From Candidatus Latescibacterota bacterium (GTDB taxonomy: Bacteria > Latescibacterota > UBA2968), in NCBI GenBank assembly GCA_038279365.1, contig JAYODI010000001.1:64001-128000 (forward strand): a stretch of 64,000 nt of DNA, read 5' to 3'. The notes below the pieces were generated by a model. The model saw nothing but the letters and a program-made list of their open reading frames with translations, searched no databases and was not told the DNA's origin. Positions 1 through 10,112 of this stretch are shown in pieces. A program made the translations under genes and the position numbers. How positions within the stretch are numbered: position 1 is the stretch's first letter; each line of letters starts with the position of its first letter.

Positions 1-1
1 G

Positions 2-940
2 GCGGTGGTGATTGTCAATTGGAACGGTGCTGCTTTTATTGAGCGGTGCTTAAACACCGTGTTGTCTCAATCGCATTTGCCTGCAGAAGTGGTGGTGGTA
101 GACAACGGATCGTCCGATGATTCGGTTGATTTGATCCAATCGCGTTTTCCAAGTGTACGGTTGGTCTTGCGGGCAAAGAATGAAGGTTTTGCTCACGGTT
201 ATAATTTGGCCATTGCTCAAACGCACAGTCCTTATGTCCTGATTCTTAACACAGATGTGTTTTTGGATCGGGATTTTTTGTTGCATGGGCTAAAGGCATT
301 GCAGATGAGCCCCGATATTGGGTCGGTGGCCGCAAAGATATATAAAGCCGATACAGATCTTGTTGAGAATGTGGGGCAATTTTTACAGCCGTGGCTTAAA
401 ACGGCTAACAGCCGTGTAAGAGATACAGATGAATTTGTTTTTGCGGGAAGTGGTGCAGCATTATTGTGTCGGCGACAAATGTTAGACGATATTGCCTGGC
501 AGGGAGACTATTTTGACAAATCGTTTTTTTTGTATTGGGAAGATGCTGATTTGGCTTGGCGGGCACAACTGCGTGGGTGGCGTTGTATTTTTTCTCCTCA
601 AGTGACGGTTCATCACTTGGGCTCGGGGTCTCAAGGCGGGAAGGTGAGCACATTGCAAAAGCCTGCTTTTGTGCAACGGCATATTTGGAAAAACCGATAT
701 TTAATCGTATTTCAAAATATGACATTTCGGGAGATGTTGGTTTTGTTGCCCGGTTTGGTGTTGAATGAGTTGGTACATTGGGCAATGATCTTGGTTCGTG
801 CACCACAACGATTACCCGTATTTGTGTTGGCTCATTTGGATTTTTTGCGGTTGTTGCCTTTGGCAATTCGCAAACGCCGGTTTATTCAAAAAAGAAGGCG
901 GGTGAGCGCTTGGGCGGCTTTGCGTTTTTTTCGGTTTTAA
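2..940 (+). CDS. GT2-family glycosyltransferase (5'-truncated by window edge)
   Basis: Reading frame is open from base 2 (AVVIVNWN); motifs VVVDNGSSDDS, LNTD and FFLYWEDADLAWR are typical of GT-A/GT2. Confidence 0.92.
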   Translation, partial: AVVIVNWNGAAFIERCLNTVLSQSHLPAEVVVVDNGSSDDSVDLIQSRFPSVRLVLRAKNEGFAHGYNLAIAQTHSPYVLILNTDVFLDRDFLLHGLKALQMSPDIGSVAAKIYKADTDLVENVGQFLQPWLKTANSRVRDTDEFVFAGSGAALLCRRQMLDDIAWQGDYFDKSFFLYWEDADLAWRAQLRGWRCIFSPQVTVHHLGSGSQGGKVSTLQKPAFVQRHIWKNRYLIVFQNMTFREMLVLLPGLVLNELVHWAMILVRAPQRLPVFVLAHLDFLRLLPLAIRKRRFIQKRRRVSAWAALRFFRF

Positions 941-949
941 GGTTTTAAT

Positions 950-2059
950 ATGGCCAAGATTCTTTATGTGATTACGCGCTTGGCAGTTGGTGGTGCTCCT
1001 CATGTGATGTTGACGGCTATTAAAGGCTTGAAACAAGCAGGATATGAGATTACACTGGTCAGTGGATATCCCGGTGAAGGTGAAGGCAGTTTGGTCGAAG
1101 ATGCGCAGGCATTGGGAGTGGAACTCATATTTCTACCAACGCTCCAGCGAGAATTACATCCTGTGCGCGATTTATGTGCCTTTTTTGCTTTGTTGCGCTT
1201 GATGCGTAAACGGAAGTTTGATCTGGTGCATACCCATTTGTCCAAGGCGGGCATTTTGGGTCGCTTGGCTGCCTATTGCGCAGGTATTCGCACCGTTCAC
1301 ACATTTCATGGCGATGTTTTAGACGGCTATTTTTCACCCTTAAAAAGCAAGGGTTTTTTAGCGGTGGAACGATTTGTTGGTTGTATGACAGATCGGTTTA
1401 TCTGTGTAAGCGATCGTTTGAAAACACGCTTGATGCAATATCAATTGGGGGCGGCAGATCGATTTTGTACGGTTGCCAATGGCATTGATTTAGAACGTTT
1501 TCAAGTTAAAGCAGTCCAAGAGCGTTCTGGTAAATGCGTGGGCACTTTGGCGATGTTTTATCCGATTAAACGTTTGGATTTGTTTGTTGAGATGGCCTAT
1601 CAACTCAAGCAACGTGATGCTGAGATTTGCTGTGAGATTGCGGGAGATGGGGCAACCGCTTCGACACTTAAACAACAAGCGAAAGATTTAGGTGATCCCG
1701 TGCACTTTGCTGGTGTGTGCACAAACCCTTCTGATTTTTTGTCTCGGTTAGATGTTTTTGTGCTGTGTTCCGATTATGAAAGTTCGGGTATGGGTGTGAT
1801 GGAGGCGATGGCGATGGGGGTACCTGTGGTGGCAACTGCCGTTGGTGGTGTTCCGGAAAATGTTCAAGATGGTCAAACCGGTTTTTTGGTTGAGGCGGGT
1901 GATGTGACTGGTTTGGCAGAGGTTGTTTGGACCTTGTTGCAAGATGATGAAAAACGCCTCCGTATGGGTGCTTTGGCAAAAAAATATGCACAAGCACATT
2001 TTTCGTCTTCTCGAATGATTGTCGACTTGGATGTGATTTATCGTGAGTTGTTGTCATGA
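950..2059 (+). CDS. GT4-family (GT-B) glycosyltransferase
   Basis: DLVHTHLSKAG, NGID, and ESSGMGVMEAMAMGVPVVAT (E-X7-E motif). Confidence 0.92.
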   Translation: MAKILYVITRLAVGGAPHVMLTAIKGLKQAGYEITLVSGYPGEGEGSLVEDAQALGVELIFLPTLQRELHPVRDLCAFFALLRLMRKRKFDLVHTHLSKAGILGRLAAYCAGIRTVHTFHGDVLDGYFSPLKSKGFLAVERFVGCMTDRFICVSDRLKTRLMQYQLGAADRFCTVANGIDLERFQVKAVQERSGKCVGTLAMFYPIKRLDLFVEMAYQLKQRDAEICCEIAGDGATASTLKQQAKDLGDPVHFAGVCTNPSDFLSRLDVFVLCSDYESSGMGVMEAMAMGVPVVATAVGGVPENVQDGQTGFLVEAGDVTGLAEVVWTLLQDDEKRLRMGALAKKYAQAHFSSSRMIVDLDVIYRELLS

Positions 2060-2922
2060 TTTTTGTAACAGGAGCTACAGGATACACGGGGCGATGGGTG
2101 CTTGCGCAATTGTTAAAACGCACACAATCGGTCAGGTGTTTGGTGCGTGAAACATCACTTGTGGACGATTTGGAACACCCTAATGTGTCTTTGGTAAAGG
2201 GGAATTTGGAAGATGTAAATGCTTGGGCAGATGCTTTGACGGGTGTTGATGTTTTGCTGAGTGTGGCGCATATCCAATATGCGCCATTTGTTATTGAGGC
2301 GTGTCAGCGCAATGGCATATCTCGTGTTGTCTTTTTGAGCTCAACGTGGCGTTTTTCAAAAGTTATGACCCCTGTTGTTGAGGCAGTGATTCGTGGTGAG
2401 GCGGCTGTTGAAGCCTCGGGGTTGGATTATACCATTTTGCGCCCAACAATGATTTATGGCCCAGGAGATGATCGCAATCTTGCACGATTGCGGGCTTTTA
2501 TGAAACGATCCCCCATCATGCCGATCTTTGGATCGGGGGCACAATATGTACAGCCTGTTTTTGTTGGCGATGTTGCAAAGGTTGCTGTGGATGCCTTGTT
2601 TTGTGATGGTGCGATAGGCAAAGGGTTTGAATTGGGAGGTGGGAGTGTGCTCACGTATAATGAGATGATTGATATCTTATCTCAAAGCTTAACACGTTTG
2701 TTGGTAAAAGTACACATTCCCATTTCAGTGGGTTTGATGTTGGCATTTATCGGCAATCGATTGTTGGCTCGGTTTCCCATTCAAGAAGATCAAGTGCGGC
2801 GTATGAAAGAAAGTCGTGCATTTGACATATCGGAAGCCAAAGCTGTATTGGGATTTGATCCGTTGACGTTTGAAGAAGGGATACAAAAGACGATGCAATT
2901 AACAGGAGTTGTTGCTCTGTGA
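2056..2922 (+). CDS. NAD(P)-dependent epimerase/dehydratase / atypical SDR
   Basis: VTGATGYTG Rossmann motif, ILRPTMIYGPGD, QPVFVGDVA; ATGA overlap with upstream gene. Confidence 0.85.
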   Translation: MIFVTGATGYTGRWVLAQLLKRTQSVRCLVRETSLVDDLEHPNVSLVKGNLEDVNAWADALTGVDVLLSVAHIQYAPFVIEACQRNGISRVVFLSSTWRFSKVMTPVVEAVIRGEAAVEASGLDYTILRPTMIYGPGDDRNLARLRAFMKRSPIMPIFGSGAQYVQPVFVGDVAKVAVDALFCDGAIGKGFELGGGSVLTYNEMIDILSQSLTRLLVKVHIPISVGLMLAFIGNRLLARFPIQEDQVRRMKESRAFDISEAKAVLGFDPLTFEEGIQKTMQLTGVVAL

Positions 2923-3932
2923 CTTTGTTTTTTTTATCGGTTTTGGTAGGCTGGGTTTTAACTGCAATTGTGCGTTTGTCCTGTTTAAAATGGCAAGTGT
3001 TTGATGTGCCGAATTTGCGCAGTGCGCATCGGGTGCCCATGCCTACATTGGGTGGTGTGGGTTTGATTGTTGGTTTTTGGGTGGTGTTGGGTATTCACCG
3101 CATTTTGAATATGCCCTTGCCTGAATCGGTGTGGGGTTTGTTGGGCGCTTCGGTTGTGCTTTGTTTATTAATTCGCGATGAAGTGCGGTCTATGGGCCGT
3201 TTGGAAAAGCTGTGTGTTCAAGTTGTTGCAGCACTTGTGTTGGTTCAAGGTGGTGTGGTGTTAGAATCTGTGACTTTGGGAGATTTCGTTTTTGAATTTG
3301 GATCGTGGGATTTTTTTGTTACTGTATTTTTGATGTTGGTGCTCCAAAACGTGTATAACTTTATGGATGGTTTGGATGGTTTTGCGGCACAACAGGGTGT
3401 GCTCGTTTCGGGTATATTGGCCATTTTGTTATGGGGTGATGCGCCGTTTATGGCGGGTTTGCTTGTTGGGGTATGTGGTGTGACTTTGGGGTTTTGGTTT
3501 TGGAACAAACCACCGGCGCGCATTTTTATGGGGGATGTGGGCGCACATTTTTTGCCATTGTGTTTTATGATGGGTGCCGTTGTGGGGGAATCGACAGGTG
3601 CGATATCTTTTGGCCTCGCCATTTTACCATTGGGGGCGTTTGTATTTGATGCTGTTTATACGTTGATACGGCGGTTGTTGCGCAAGGAGAACATTACGCT
3701 GGCACATCGGTTTCATGTGTATCAACGGTTACAGGTTTTGGGGTGGACCCCGTGGTATATAAATGGTATTTATGCTTTGTTGACTGTGATATTGGGCGGT
3801 GGAGCATGGTTGTTGCAGTTTGGGTTTGTTTCTGTAGGATATGTTTTGCTTGGCCTGTCAGGGTTGATGGTTATTGGTGGAACGGTTTATGTGGAAAGGC
3901 AATATGTCGTGGTAGAACGGGGAGATGGATAA
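2919..3932 (+). CDS. MraY/WecA-family undecaprenyl-phosphate sugar-1-phosphate transferase
   Basis: Multi-TM; PNLRSAHRVPMPTLGG, NVYNFMDGLDG, PPARIFMGDVG, AHRFHVYQRL. Confidence 0.9.
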   Translation: MTLFFLSVLVGWVLTAIVRLSCLKWQVFDVPNLRSAHRVPMPTLGGVGLIVGFWVVLGIHRILNMPLPESVWGLLGASVVLCLLIRDEVRSMGRLEKLCVQVVAALVLVQGGVVLESVTLGDFVFEFGSWDFFVTVFLMLVLQNVYNFMDGLDGFAAQQGVLVSGILAILLWGDAPFMAGLLVGVCGVTLGFWFWNKPPARIFMGDVGAHFLPLCFMMGAVVGESTGAISFGLAILPLGAFVFDAVYTLIRRLLRKENITLAHRFHVYQRLQVLGWTPWYINGIYALLTVILGGGAWLLQFGFVSVGYVLLGLSGLMVIGGTVYVERQYVVVERGDG

Positions 3933-3937
3933 ATCAT

Positions 3938-5197
3938 ATGGGTTTTGAATCATTTGTTGCACTGCGCCATCTTAAGTCGATTCGTTCTCGCCGTCGTGTT
4001 GTTATCACAACGCTTATAGGCATTGTTGGGGTGGGTTTGGGTGTGGCTGCATTGGTGATTACCTTGTCTGTGATGAATGGGTATGCCGGTATGATTTGGG
4101 ATCGACAAGTGAGCATGAATCCACACATTACGGTACGAAAGCCATATAGTGAGCGAATTTCTGATTATGATGAGGTGGTAACTTTGTTGGCGGCACAGCC
4201 TCAAGTGGTGGGGGTTGCTCCGTTTATTGAATCTCAAGGCTATGTTTTGGGGCGAACAGCATCGGCCATTACTGTAACATCGGGTGTGGTGGTGCGTGGC
4301 GTTGACGCGGCATATGTTTCTGCTATGGGGGGGATTGCGGATTATGTCACCATGGGGCATGTAGATTTATCCGCACAAGATTCGTTATCCAGCCGTGTGG
4401 CATATGGCATGATGATCGGACGTAATTTGGCGGAAAAATTAGGTGCAAAAATAGGATCAGATATTCGTTTAATGGTGGCTCCCAAAGATGCCCCTATGGA
4501 ACAGTTGCCTCCTTTGCGCCGATATGTTGTAACCGGTATTTTTGATACGGGGTTTTATGAGTTTGATGCCGGATTGGTTTTTGTTTCTTTGGCCGCGGCA
4601 CAACGCGATTTGAAGTGGGAAAACTGGATTACGGGTATGCATTTGCGCTTGGCCGATCCGTTTTTGGCCAATGAAGTAAGTGTGGATCTTCGTTCGCATT
4701 TGGCGATGCGCTATCCCAGTCTTTTTCCAACGTCGTGGATGTATGCGCAAGGTAATTTGTATGCATGGATTTTATTACAAAAGTGGGCAAGTTTTATTGT
4801 GTTGAGTTTGATAGTGGTGGTGGCAGGGTTTAATATTGTGAGTATTTTGACAATGATTGTGACAGAGCGTCGCCGAGAGATTGGCGTTTTGAAAACATTG
4901 GGTGCAACACCCAAACGCATTGGGCGTATTTTTTTGCGCGAAGGGGTTATGATTGGTGGCTGTGGGGTTTTGTTGGGGAATGTGTTGGGTTTGGGTGTTT
5001 GTTGGATTCAAAAAGTATATGCACCTATTACTTTGTCGGGAGATGTGTATTTCATCAATGCATTGCCTGTGGAAATATCCCCTTTTGACTTTTTGATGAC
5101 ATCCACTTTGGCTTTGTTGTTGTGTGCATTGTTTGCTTATTTTCCTTCTCGTCGTGCAGCAAAGTTGGAGCCTGTTGATGCCATTCGGTATGAGTGA
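3938..5197 (+). CDS. LolC/LolE-family (FtsX-like) lipoprotein-releasing ABC permease
   Basis: Start moved to ATG 3938 (MGFESFVALRHL); GVAALVITLSVMNG, VAGFNIVSILTMIVTERRREIGVLKTLGA, PVDAIRYE. Confidence 0.9.
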   Translation: MGFESFVALRHLKSIRSRRRVVITTLIGIVGVGLGVAALVITLSVMNGYAGMIWDRQVSMNPHITVRKPYSERISDYDEVVTLLAAQPQVVGVAPFIESQGYVLGRTASAITVTSGVVVRGVDAAYVSAMGGIADYVTMGHVDLSAQDSLSSRVAYGMMIGRNLAEKLGAKIGSDIRLMVAPKDAPMEQLPPLRRYVVTGIFDTGFYEFDAGLVFVSLAAAQRDLKWENWITGMHLRLADPFLANEVSVDLRSHLAMRYPSLFPTSWMYAQGNLYAWILLQKWASFIVLSLIVVVAGFNIVSILTMIVTERRREIGVLKTLGATPKRIGRIFLREGVMIGGCGVLLGNVLGLGVCWIQKVYAPITLSGDVYFINALPVEISPFDFLMTSTLALLLCALFAYFPSRRAAKLEPVDAIRYE

Positions 5198-5255
5198 TAA
5201 ATAAACGATCTTATTGTGGATGTTGGCGTATTTTTTTAAAAAAGGTTTTGGTGTT

Positions 5256-6491
5256 ATGGGTTTTGTTACATTTATTTCCCGTCGTTACCTAAAGACTTTG
5301 CGGGGGCAAACATCTTTTACCACGCTGATTGCTATTGCGGGTGTGATGTTGGGGGTGGCTGCGTTGGTTATTGTGTTGTCTGTGTTTAATGGTTTTTCGG
5401 ATTTGTTGTGGAAGGGCCTTTTGTCGGTCAATCCACACGTTGTTGTACAAAGGCCTTATGGTCAACCTATGGCATTTGAACAAGAGATGGTGGCAAAGCT
5501 GAAACAACAGCCTCATGTTGTTTCAGTTGCACCATTTGTGGCATCAGAAGGTTTTATGTTGCGCAAACCATTAGATGGTGAGTTGGTTCAAGCTGCGGTG
5601 GTGATTCGAGGTGTTGATGCCGATGATTTGATACAGGTGACAGATGTTGTGGATCGATTGTGGGCAGGCGATATGTTGGATTTGGGCGTACAGCCTACCA
5701 ATGGGTTTGGCAAAGTGTATGGTATTGTGATTGGGCGCGGGTTGGCAGATCGGTTGGGGGTGTTGTTGGGGGCCGAGGTCACATTGGGTCTGTTGCCCAA
5801 AGAAATATTGGTGGGGCAACAACCCCAATGGCGCCGATATGTGGTGACGGGTATTTATCACACGGGTGTGGATGATATAGACTCGGCATTGGCGTTTGTT
5901 TCTCGTGAAGCCGCCCAACGAGATTTGGGGTGGGAAAACAAAATTTCGGGCATTCAATTGCGCTTAGACGATCCTTTTGTGGCGAGTGAGGTTCAGGCGC
6001 AGGTGATGTGGGCTGATTTGGACGTGATTACTTGGATGGATGAACATCGCAATTTGTATGCTTCTATCCGTATGGAGAAGTGGTTTGGGTTTTTGGTTTT
6101 GAGTTTGATTGTTGCTGTTGCGGGTTTTAATGTCATTAGTATTTTGATGATGACTGTATCTGAAAAGAAAAAAGAAATTGGGGTGCTCAAAGCTTTGGGA
6201 ACACCCCCCAAAACCATTGGCCGCATTTTTACTTATGTGGGTTTGGGCATTGGATTTTTGGGTGTTTTTTTAGGTAATACCATCGGGTTTATGTTGTGTT
6301 GGCTTCAACAGACATTTGAATTGATTCGTTTGCCTGGGCAGTTGTATATTATTCAGGCTTTGCCTGTGAAAATGTATGCAACTGATTTTGCTTTGATTTC
6401 TGCTGTGACTGTGGCACTGTGTTTGGCATTTACGCTTTTTCCATCACGAGATGCTGCCTCGGTTGATCCCATAGAAGCGTTACGCGATTAG
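5256..6491 (+). CDS. Second LolC/LolE-family permease
   Basis: Start moved to ATG 5256; same motifs (GVAALVIVLSVFNGF, EKKKEIGVLKALG, DPIEALRD). Confidence 0.9.
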   Translation: MGFVTFISRRYLKTLRGQTSFTTLIAIAGVMLGVAALVIVLSVFNGFSDLLWKGLLSVNPHVVVQRPYGQPMAFEQEMVAKLKQQPHVVSVAPFVASEGFMLRKPLDGELVQAAVVIRGVDADDLIQVTDVVDRLWAGDMLDLGVQPTNGFGKVYGIVIGRGLADRLGVLLGAEVTLGLLPKEILVGQQPQWRRYVVTGIYHTGVDDIDSALAFVSREAAQRDLGWENKISGIQLRLDDPFVASEVQAQVMWADLDVITWMDEHRNLYASIRMEKWFGFLVLSLIVAVAGFNVISILMMTVSEKKKEIGVLKALGTPPKTIGRIFTYVGLGIGFLGVFLGNTIGFMLCWLQQTFELIRLPGQLYIIQALPVKMYATDFALISAVTVALCLAFTLFPSRDAASVDPIEALRD

Positions 6492-6545
6492 ATATGATGA
6501 TTAAAAGGCTTTGGAATATTTAAAAATTAAAAAAAGGAGTGGGTC

Positions 6546-7649
6546 ATGGCATCACCCGTAAAAGTAGGTATTATTGGTTGTGGCACGATTAGTGGCGCAT
6601 ATTTTAAAGGCTGTGCGCCTTATGATATTATTGAGATTAAATCGTGTGCCGATTTGGATATGAACCGGGCCAAAGAAAAAGCTGAAGAGTATGGCGTAGA
6701 AGCGTGTTCAATAGATGATCTATTGGCTGATCCAGAAATTCAAATTGTTGTGAATTTGACTGTTCCCAAAGCCCACGCAGAAGTCAATTTGGCGGGCATT
6801 GCCGCTGGTAAGAGTGTGCATTGTGAAAAACCTTTGGCGGTTAATCGCGCCGATGGCAAAAAGACGCTTGAGGCGGCTTCTGCAAAAGGTGTTTTGGTAG
6901 GGTGTGCCCCAGATACATTTTTGGGTGGTGGGATTCAAACCTGTCGTAAGTTAATAGATGATGGGTGGATTGGCGAACCCGTGGCCGCAACGGCTTTTAT
7001 GGCTGGGCACGGGCATGAATCTTGGCACCCTGCACCCGATTTTTATTATGAAATTGGTGGGGGCCCTATGTTTGATATGGGACCGTATTATCTGACTGCC
7101 TTGGTTAACTTGATGGGCCCCGTAAAACGTGTGACAGGGTCTACGCGCATTACATTTCCGGAGCGCACGATCACGAATAAGACACCACGCTACGGTGAAA
7201 AAATACCTGTTGAAACCCCAACGCATTTGACGGGTGTGATGGATTTTGCCAATGGTGCTGTGGCCACTTTGATTATGAGTTTTGATATGTGGGCGCATCA
7301 TTTGCCACGCATCGAAATTTATGGTTCAGAAGGGTCGTTGAGTGTGCCCGATCCCAATACGTTTCGTGGGCCGGTGCTGGTGCGACGTGCTGGCGCTGAT
7401 GAATGGCGTGAAATCCCTTTGACACACAGCGATACCGTAAGCCGAGGCATTGGTGTGGCCGATATGGCATATGCGCTTGTGCACGGCCGCAAACATCGCG
7501 TCAACGGTGATTTGGCTTATCATGTTTTGGATTTGATGGCTGCATTTGAAGATGCTTCCAATAACAATGCCCATGTTCAAATTGAAAGTACGTGTGAGCG
7601 CCCTGCGATGTTGCCTGTGGGGCTGTTGCCTGGAAAATTGGATGAATGA
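6546..7649 (+). CDS. Gfo/Idh/MocA-family oxidoreductase
   Basis: [31 protein letters not shown] Shine-Dalgarno upstream. Confidence 0.92.
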   Translation: MASPVKVGIIGCGTISGAYFKGCAPYDIIEIKSCADLDMNRAKEKAEEYGVEACSIDDLLADPEIQIVVNLTVPKAHAEVNLAGIAAGKSVHCEKPLAVNRADGKKTLEAASAKGVLVGCAPDTFLGGGIQTCRKLIDDGWIGEPVAATAFMAGHGHESWHPAPDFYYEIGGGPMFDMGPYYLTALVNLMGPVKRVTGSTRITFPERTITNKTPRYGEKIPVETPTHLTGVMDFANGAVATLIMSFDMWAHHLPRIEIYGSEGSLSVPDPNTFRGPVLVRRAGADEWREIPLTHSDTVSRGIGVADMAYALVHGRKHRVNGDLAYHVLDLMAAFEDASNNNAHVQIESTCERPAMLPVGLLPGKLDE

Positions 7650-10068
7650 AAAATTGCAAATGAGAAATGCAAAGATGAATGGGTGTGTATTTTCTAAGTT
7701 TGCATTTCTCATTTTATATTTGTTATTGGGTGTGGCCAATGGAGCAGATCGACCAAATGTGTTGTTGCTTACAGTAGACACTTTTCGACCTGATCGATTA
7801 AGTGGGCAAGGTAATGCACGCAAAACAAGCCCTTATTTGGATCAGTTGGGGCAAGATGGCGTGGTGTTTGAACAAGCGATGTCCTCTACATCATGGACAA
7901 CACCTGGTTTGTTGTCGGTACTCACGGGTTTGTATGCGCCGACACATGCTGTTGATGTACGAGGCAAGAGTTTGCGTTCTGGCACAGAAACGATGGCAAC
8001 ACTGCTGGCCAAAGTGGGCTATGCGGTGCCCGATATTTTGTATTTGTCATCCATTCCCAATTTTCAAAACTTAGGGTTAACAAATTCATTTGTTGAGCGA
8101 GATCAGTATTTGCCCAATGGTGATGAGGTGCTGTTTCGTGCGTTAGAGACGTATCGAGACAGCACATTTTTTTTGTACTACCATTATCGCAACTTGCATT
8201 TGCCTTATAAACCTTCGGAAGCGTATGAAAGGTTGTATACACCCGAAGGTTTCGATCGTTCGGCCTTTGTGCGTGACAAGGTAGAAACGGTTCAAAGCAA
8301 TGTGACTATTCCGCAAGGGAGCGTGCGGTTTGATGAAAAGGATCGCGAATGGATTTTGGGTTTGTATGATGGCCAAATTCGCGAGATGGATGAAACCTTG
8401 TTTAAACCTTTGGTTGCAAAGCTAAAAGAATTGGGCTTATACGAAAATACGTTGGTGATAGTGACGGCAGATCATGGGGAAGAGTTGTTAGAGCATGGGT
8501 TTATTGGACATCCATCCACGTCGTTTAAAGGATCGGCGTATGATGAGTTGTTGCATATTCCATTAATGATGAGTTATCCCAATGGGTTGCCACAAAATAT
8601 GCGTATTGGGCAACAGGTTCAAAATGTGGATATTTTGCCCACCGTATTGGATCTGCTCAAATTACCGATACCGCCCACGCTTCAAGGGCGGTCGCTGATG
8701 CCATTGATATTGGGAACATCGGATGTAGAATTGCCGGCATTTACAGAAACCACACCTGGTGGGTACCAAGCAACGCCTGAAATGATGAAGACCCGTATTC
8801 GGGCCATGCGTACATCTTTGTGGAAATTGATTCACACCCATGGGCCGGGTATCGACACGTATGAATTGTATGATTTAAAAAACGATCCTAAAGAATATGA
8901 CAATGTGATTGATCAACATCCTGAAGTCGCCGAGAAGATGCGTGTGGCATTGCATCAATGGGTGTTGGCAACGCAGCCCACCATTTTGACAGCACCTGCT
9001 TCAGGGGGTGTTGTGCCAACTGAGCCCATCTCTGTTTTGTTCCCTGCACAAGGAGACACATTTCGATATGAAGATGTGGGCAAGACGGTATCGGTGCGTT
9101 GGACGGGGCCGCAAGATGGTTTGTATTCGTTAGAATATCGAGTTGGCGAAGGCAGTTATTATTTGGAAGGGGCTATGCAGATTGTGGGGAATGCACCTCA
9201 ATATGGCCCTTTTACAGATGAAATGTGGAATATGTTGGCATTGTATAATCCGTGGTCATTTCGCATTACGGTTGATGGAAAACCTGAGTTGAGTAGCTCT
9301 TGGGTGCAATTTACAATTGTGCCCACTCAAGATGCTGCCCCACCCAGTGTGTGGACGATGGCCTTGGTGTCGTTGCTTTTTTGGTGGGGTGAGTTGGGTT
9401 TGCTTTTCAAAGGGCTTGGGCTTGGTGTTTTGGATTTTGTGCGTTTGGCTGGCGGTATTCCGTTGGTAGACATCGTATCTGGGGCCTTGTTTTTAGCGCT
9501 TATTTGTGGGATTTGTCAACCCTTGTATGTGCGAATGGGAGAGGCTCGCGCCAAGGCGTGGGTGTTGGTGATTGTATATACTTTGTTTATTTATTCAACA
9601 TTGTCTGTGATGCCAAGTATTTGGCGCACCCTTTGGGGGCATACACAGGGCCGTATTGATTTGGTGGGTGGTTTGGTCACTGTTTTGGCCTTGGTGTTTT
9701 TTCTGGGACTCATTTTTATTAAAAAATTGCGGTGGCCAGCCCTGGTTGGGTTGTTTGTGTTGGGGGCCGTTTACGGTTGGCTGTTGTTGCTGTTGGGGAC
9801 ATCACCTGCCGAGCGATTGCATTTGGCCGAATATGGCTTGTTGGGCTATTTTGCTTATCGGGCTTTGGTTTTGGATTTTTCACCGTCCAAAGCACTGCTT
9901 TTGGCTTGGGGGGTGGCCATTGTTTTGGGGACGGGGGATGAGAGTTTGCAATGGATTTTGCCAATGCGTGTTTTTGAATGGAAAGATATCGGTCTTAATG
10001 CGTTATCGAGCGGTTTGGGGTTGTTGATCGTTGCGCTCTTTCAATTTGGCTCGTCTAAACAAGACTAA
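7642..10068 (+). CDS. Sulfatase-like (alkaline-phosphatase superfamily) domain fused to a TM region and C-terminal VanZ-like domain
   Basis: Signal-like N-terminus, [34 protein letters not shown]-terminal [12 protein letters not shown]...[18 protein letters not shown] is VanZ-like; exact start uncertain. Confidence 0.8.
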   Translation: MNEKLQMRNAKMNGCVFSKFAFLILYLLLGVANGADRPNVLLLTVDTFRPDRLSGQGNARKTSPYLDQLGQDGVVFEQAMSSTSWTTPGLLSVLTGLYAPTHAVDVRGKSLRSGTETMATLLAKVGYAVPDILYLSSIPNFQNLGLTNSFVERDQYLPNGDEVLFRALETYRDSTFFLYYHYRNLHLPYKPSEAYERLYTPEGFDRSAFVRDKVETVQSNVTIPQGSVRFDEKDREWILGLYDGQIREMDETLFKPLVAKLKELGLYENTLVIVTADHGEELLEHGFIGHPSTSFKGSAYDELLHIPLMMSYPNGLPQNMRIGQQVQNVDILPTVLDLLKLPIPPTLQGRSLMPLILGTSDVELPAFTETTPGGYQATPEMMKTRIRAMRTSLWKLIHTHGPGIDTYELYDLKNDPKEYDNVIDQHPEVAEKMRVALHQWVLATQPTILTAPASGGVVPTEPISVLFPAQGDTFRYEDVGKTVSVRWTGPQDGLYSLEYRVGEGSYYLEGAMQIVGNAPQYGPFTDEMWNMLALYNPWSFRITVDGKPELSSSWVQFTIVPTQDAAPPSVWTMALVSLLFWWGELGLLFKGLGLGVLDFVRLAGGIPLVDIVSGALFLALICGICQPLYVRMGEARAKAWVLVIVYTLFIYSTLSVMPSIWRTLWGHTQGRIDLVGGLVTVLALVFFLGLIFIKKLRWPALVGLFVLGAVYGWLLLLLGTSPAERLHLAEYGLLGYFAYRALVLDFSPSKALLLAWGVAIVLGTGDESLQWILPMRVFEWKDIGLNALSSGLGLLIVALFQFGSSKQD
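7658..7714. repeat. 16-bp perfect inverted repeat built from heptamer-like units
   Basis: AAATGAGAAATGCAAA (7658-7673) / TTTGCATTTCTCATTT (7699-7714). Confidence 0.8.
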
Positions 10069-10112
10069 ATCGTTTGGCATTTTATGTCGTTGTGTCATTT
10101 TGAGGTACGATC

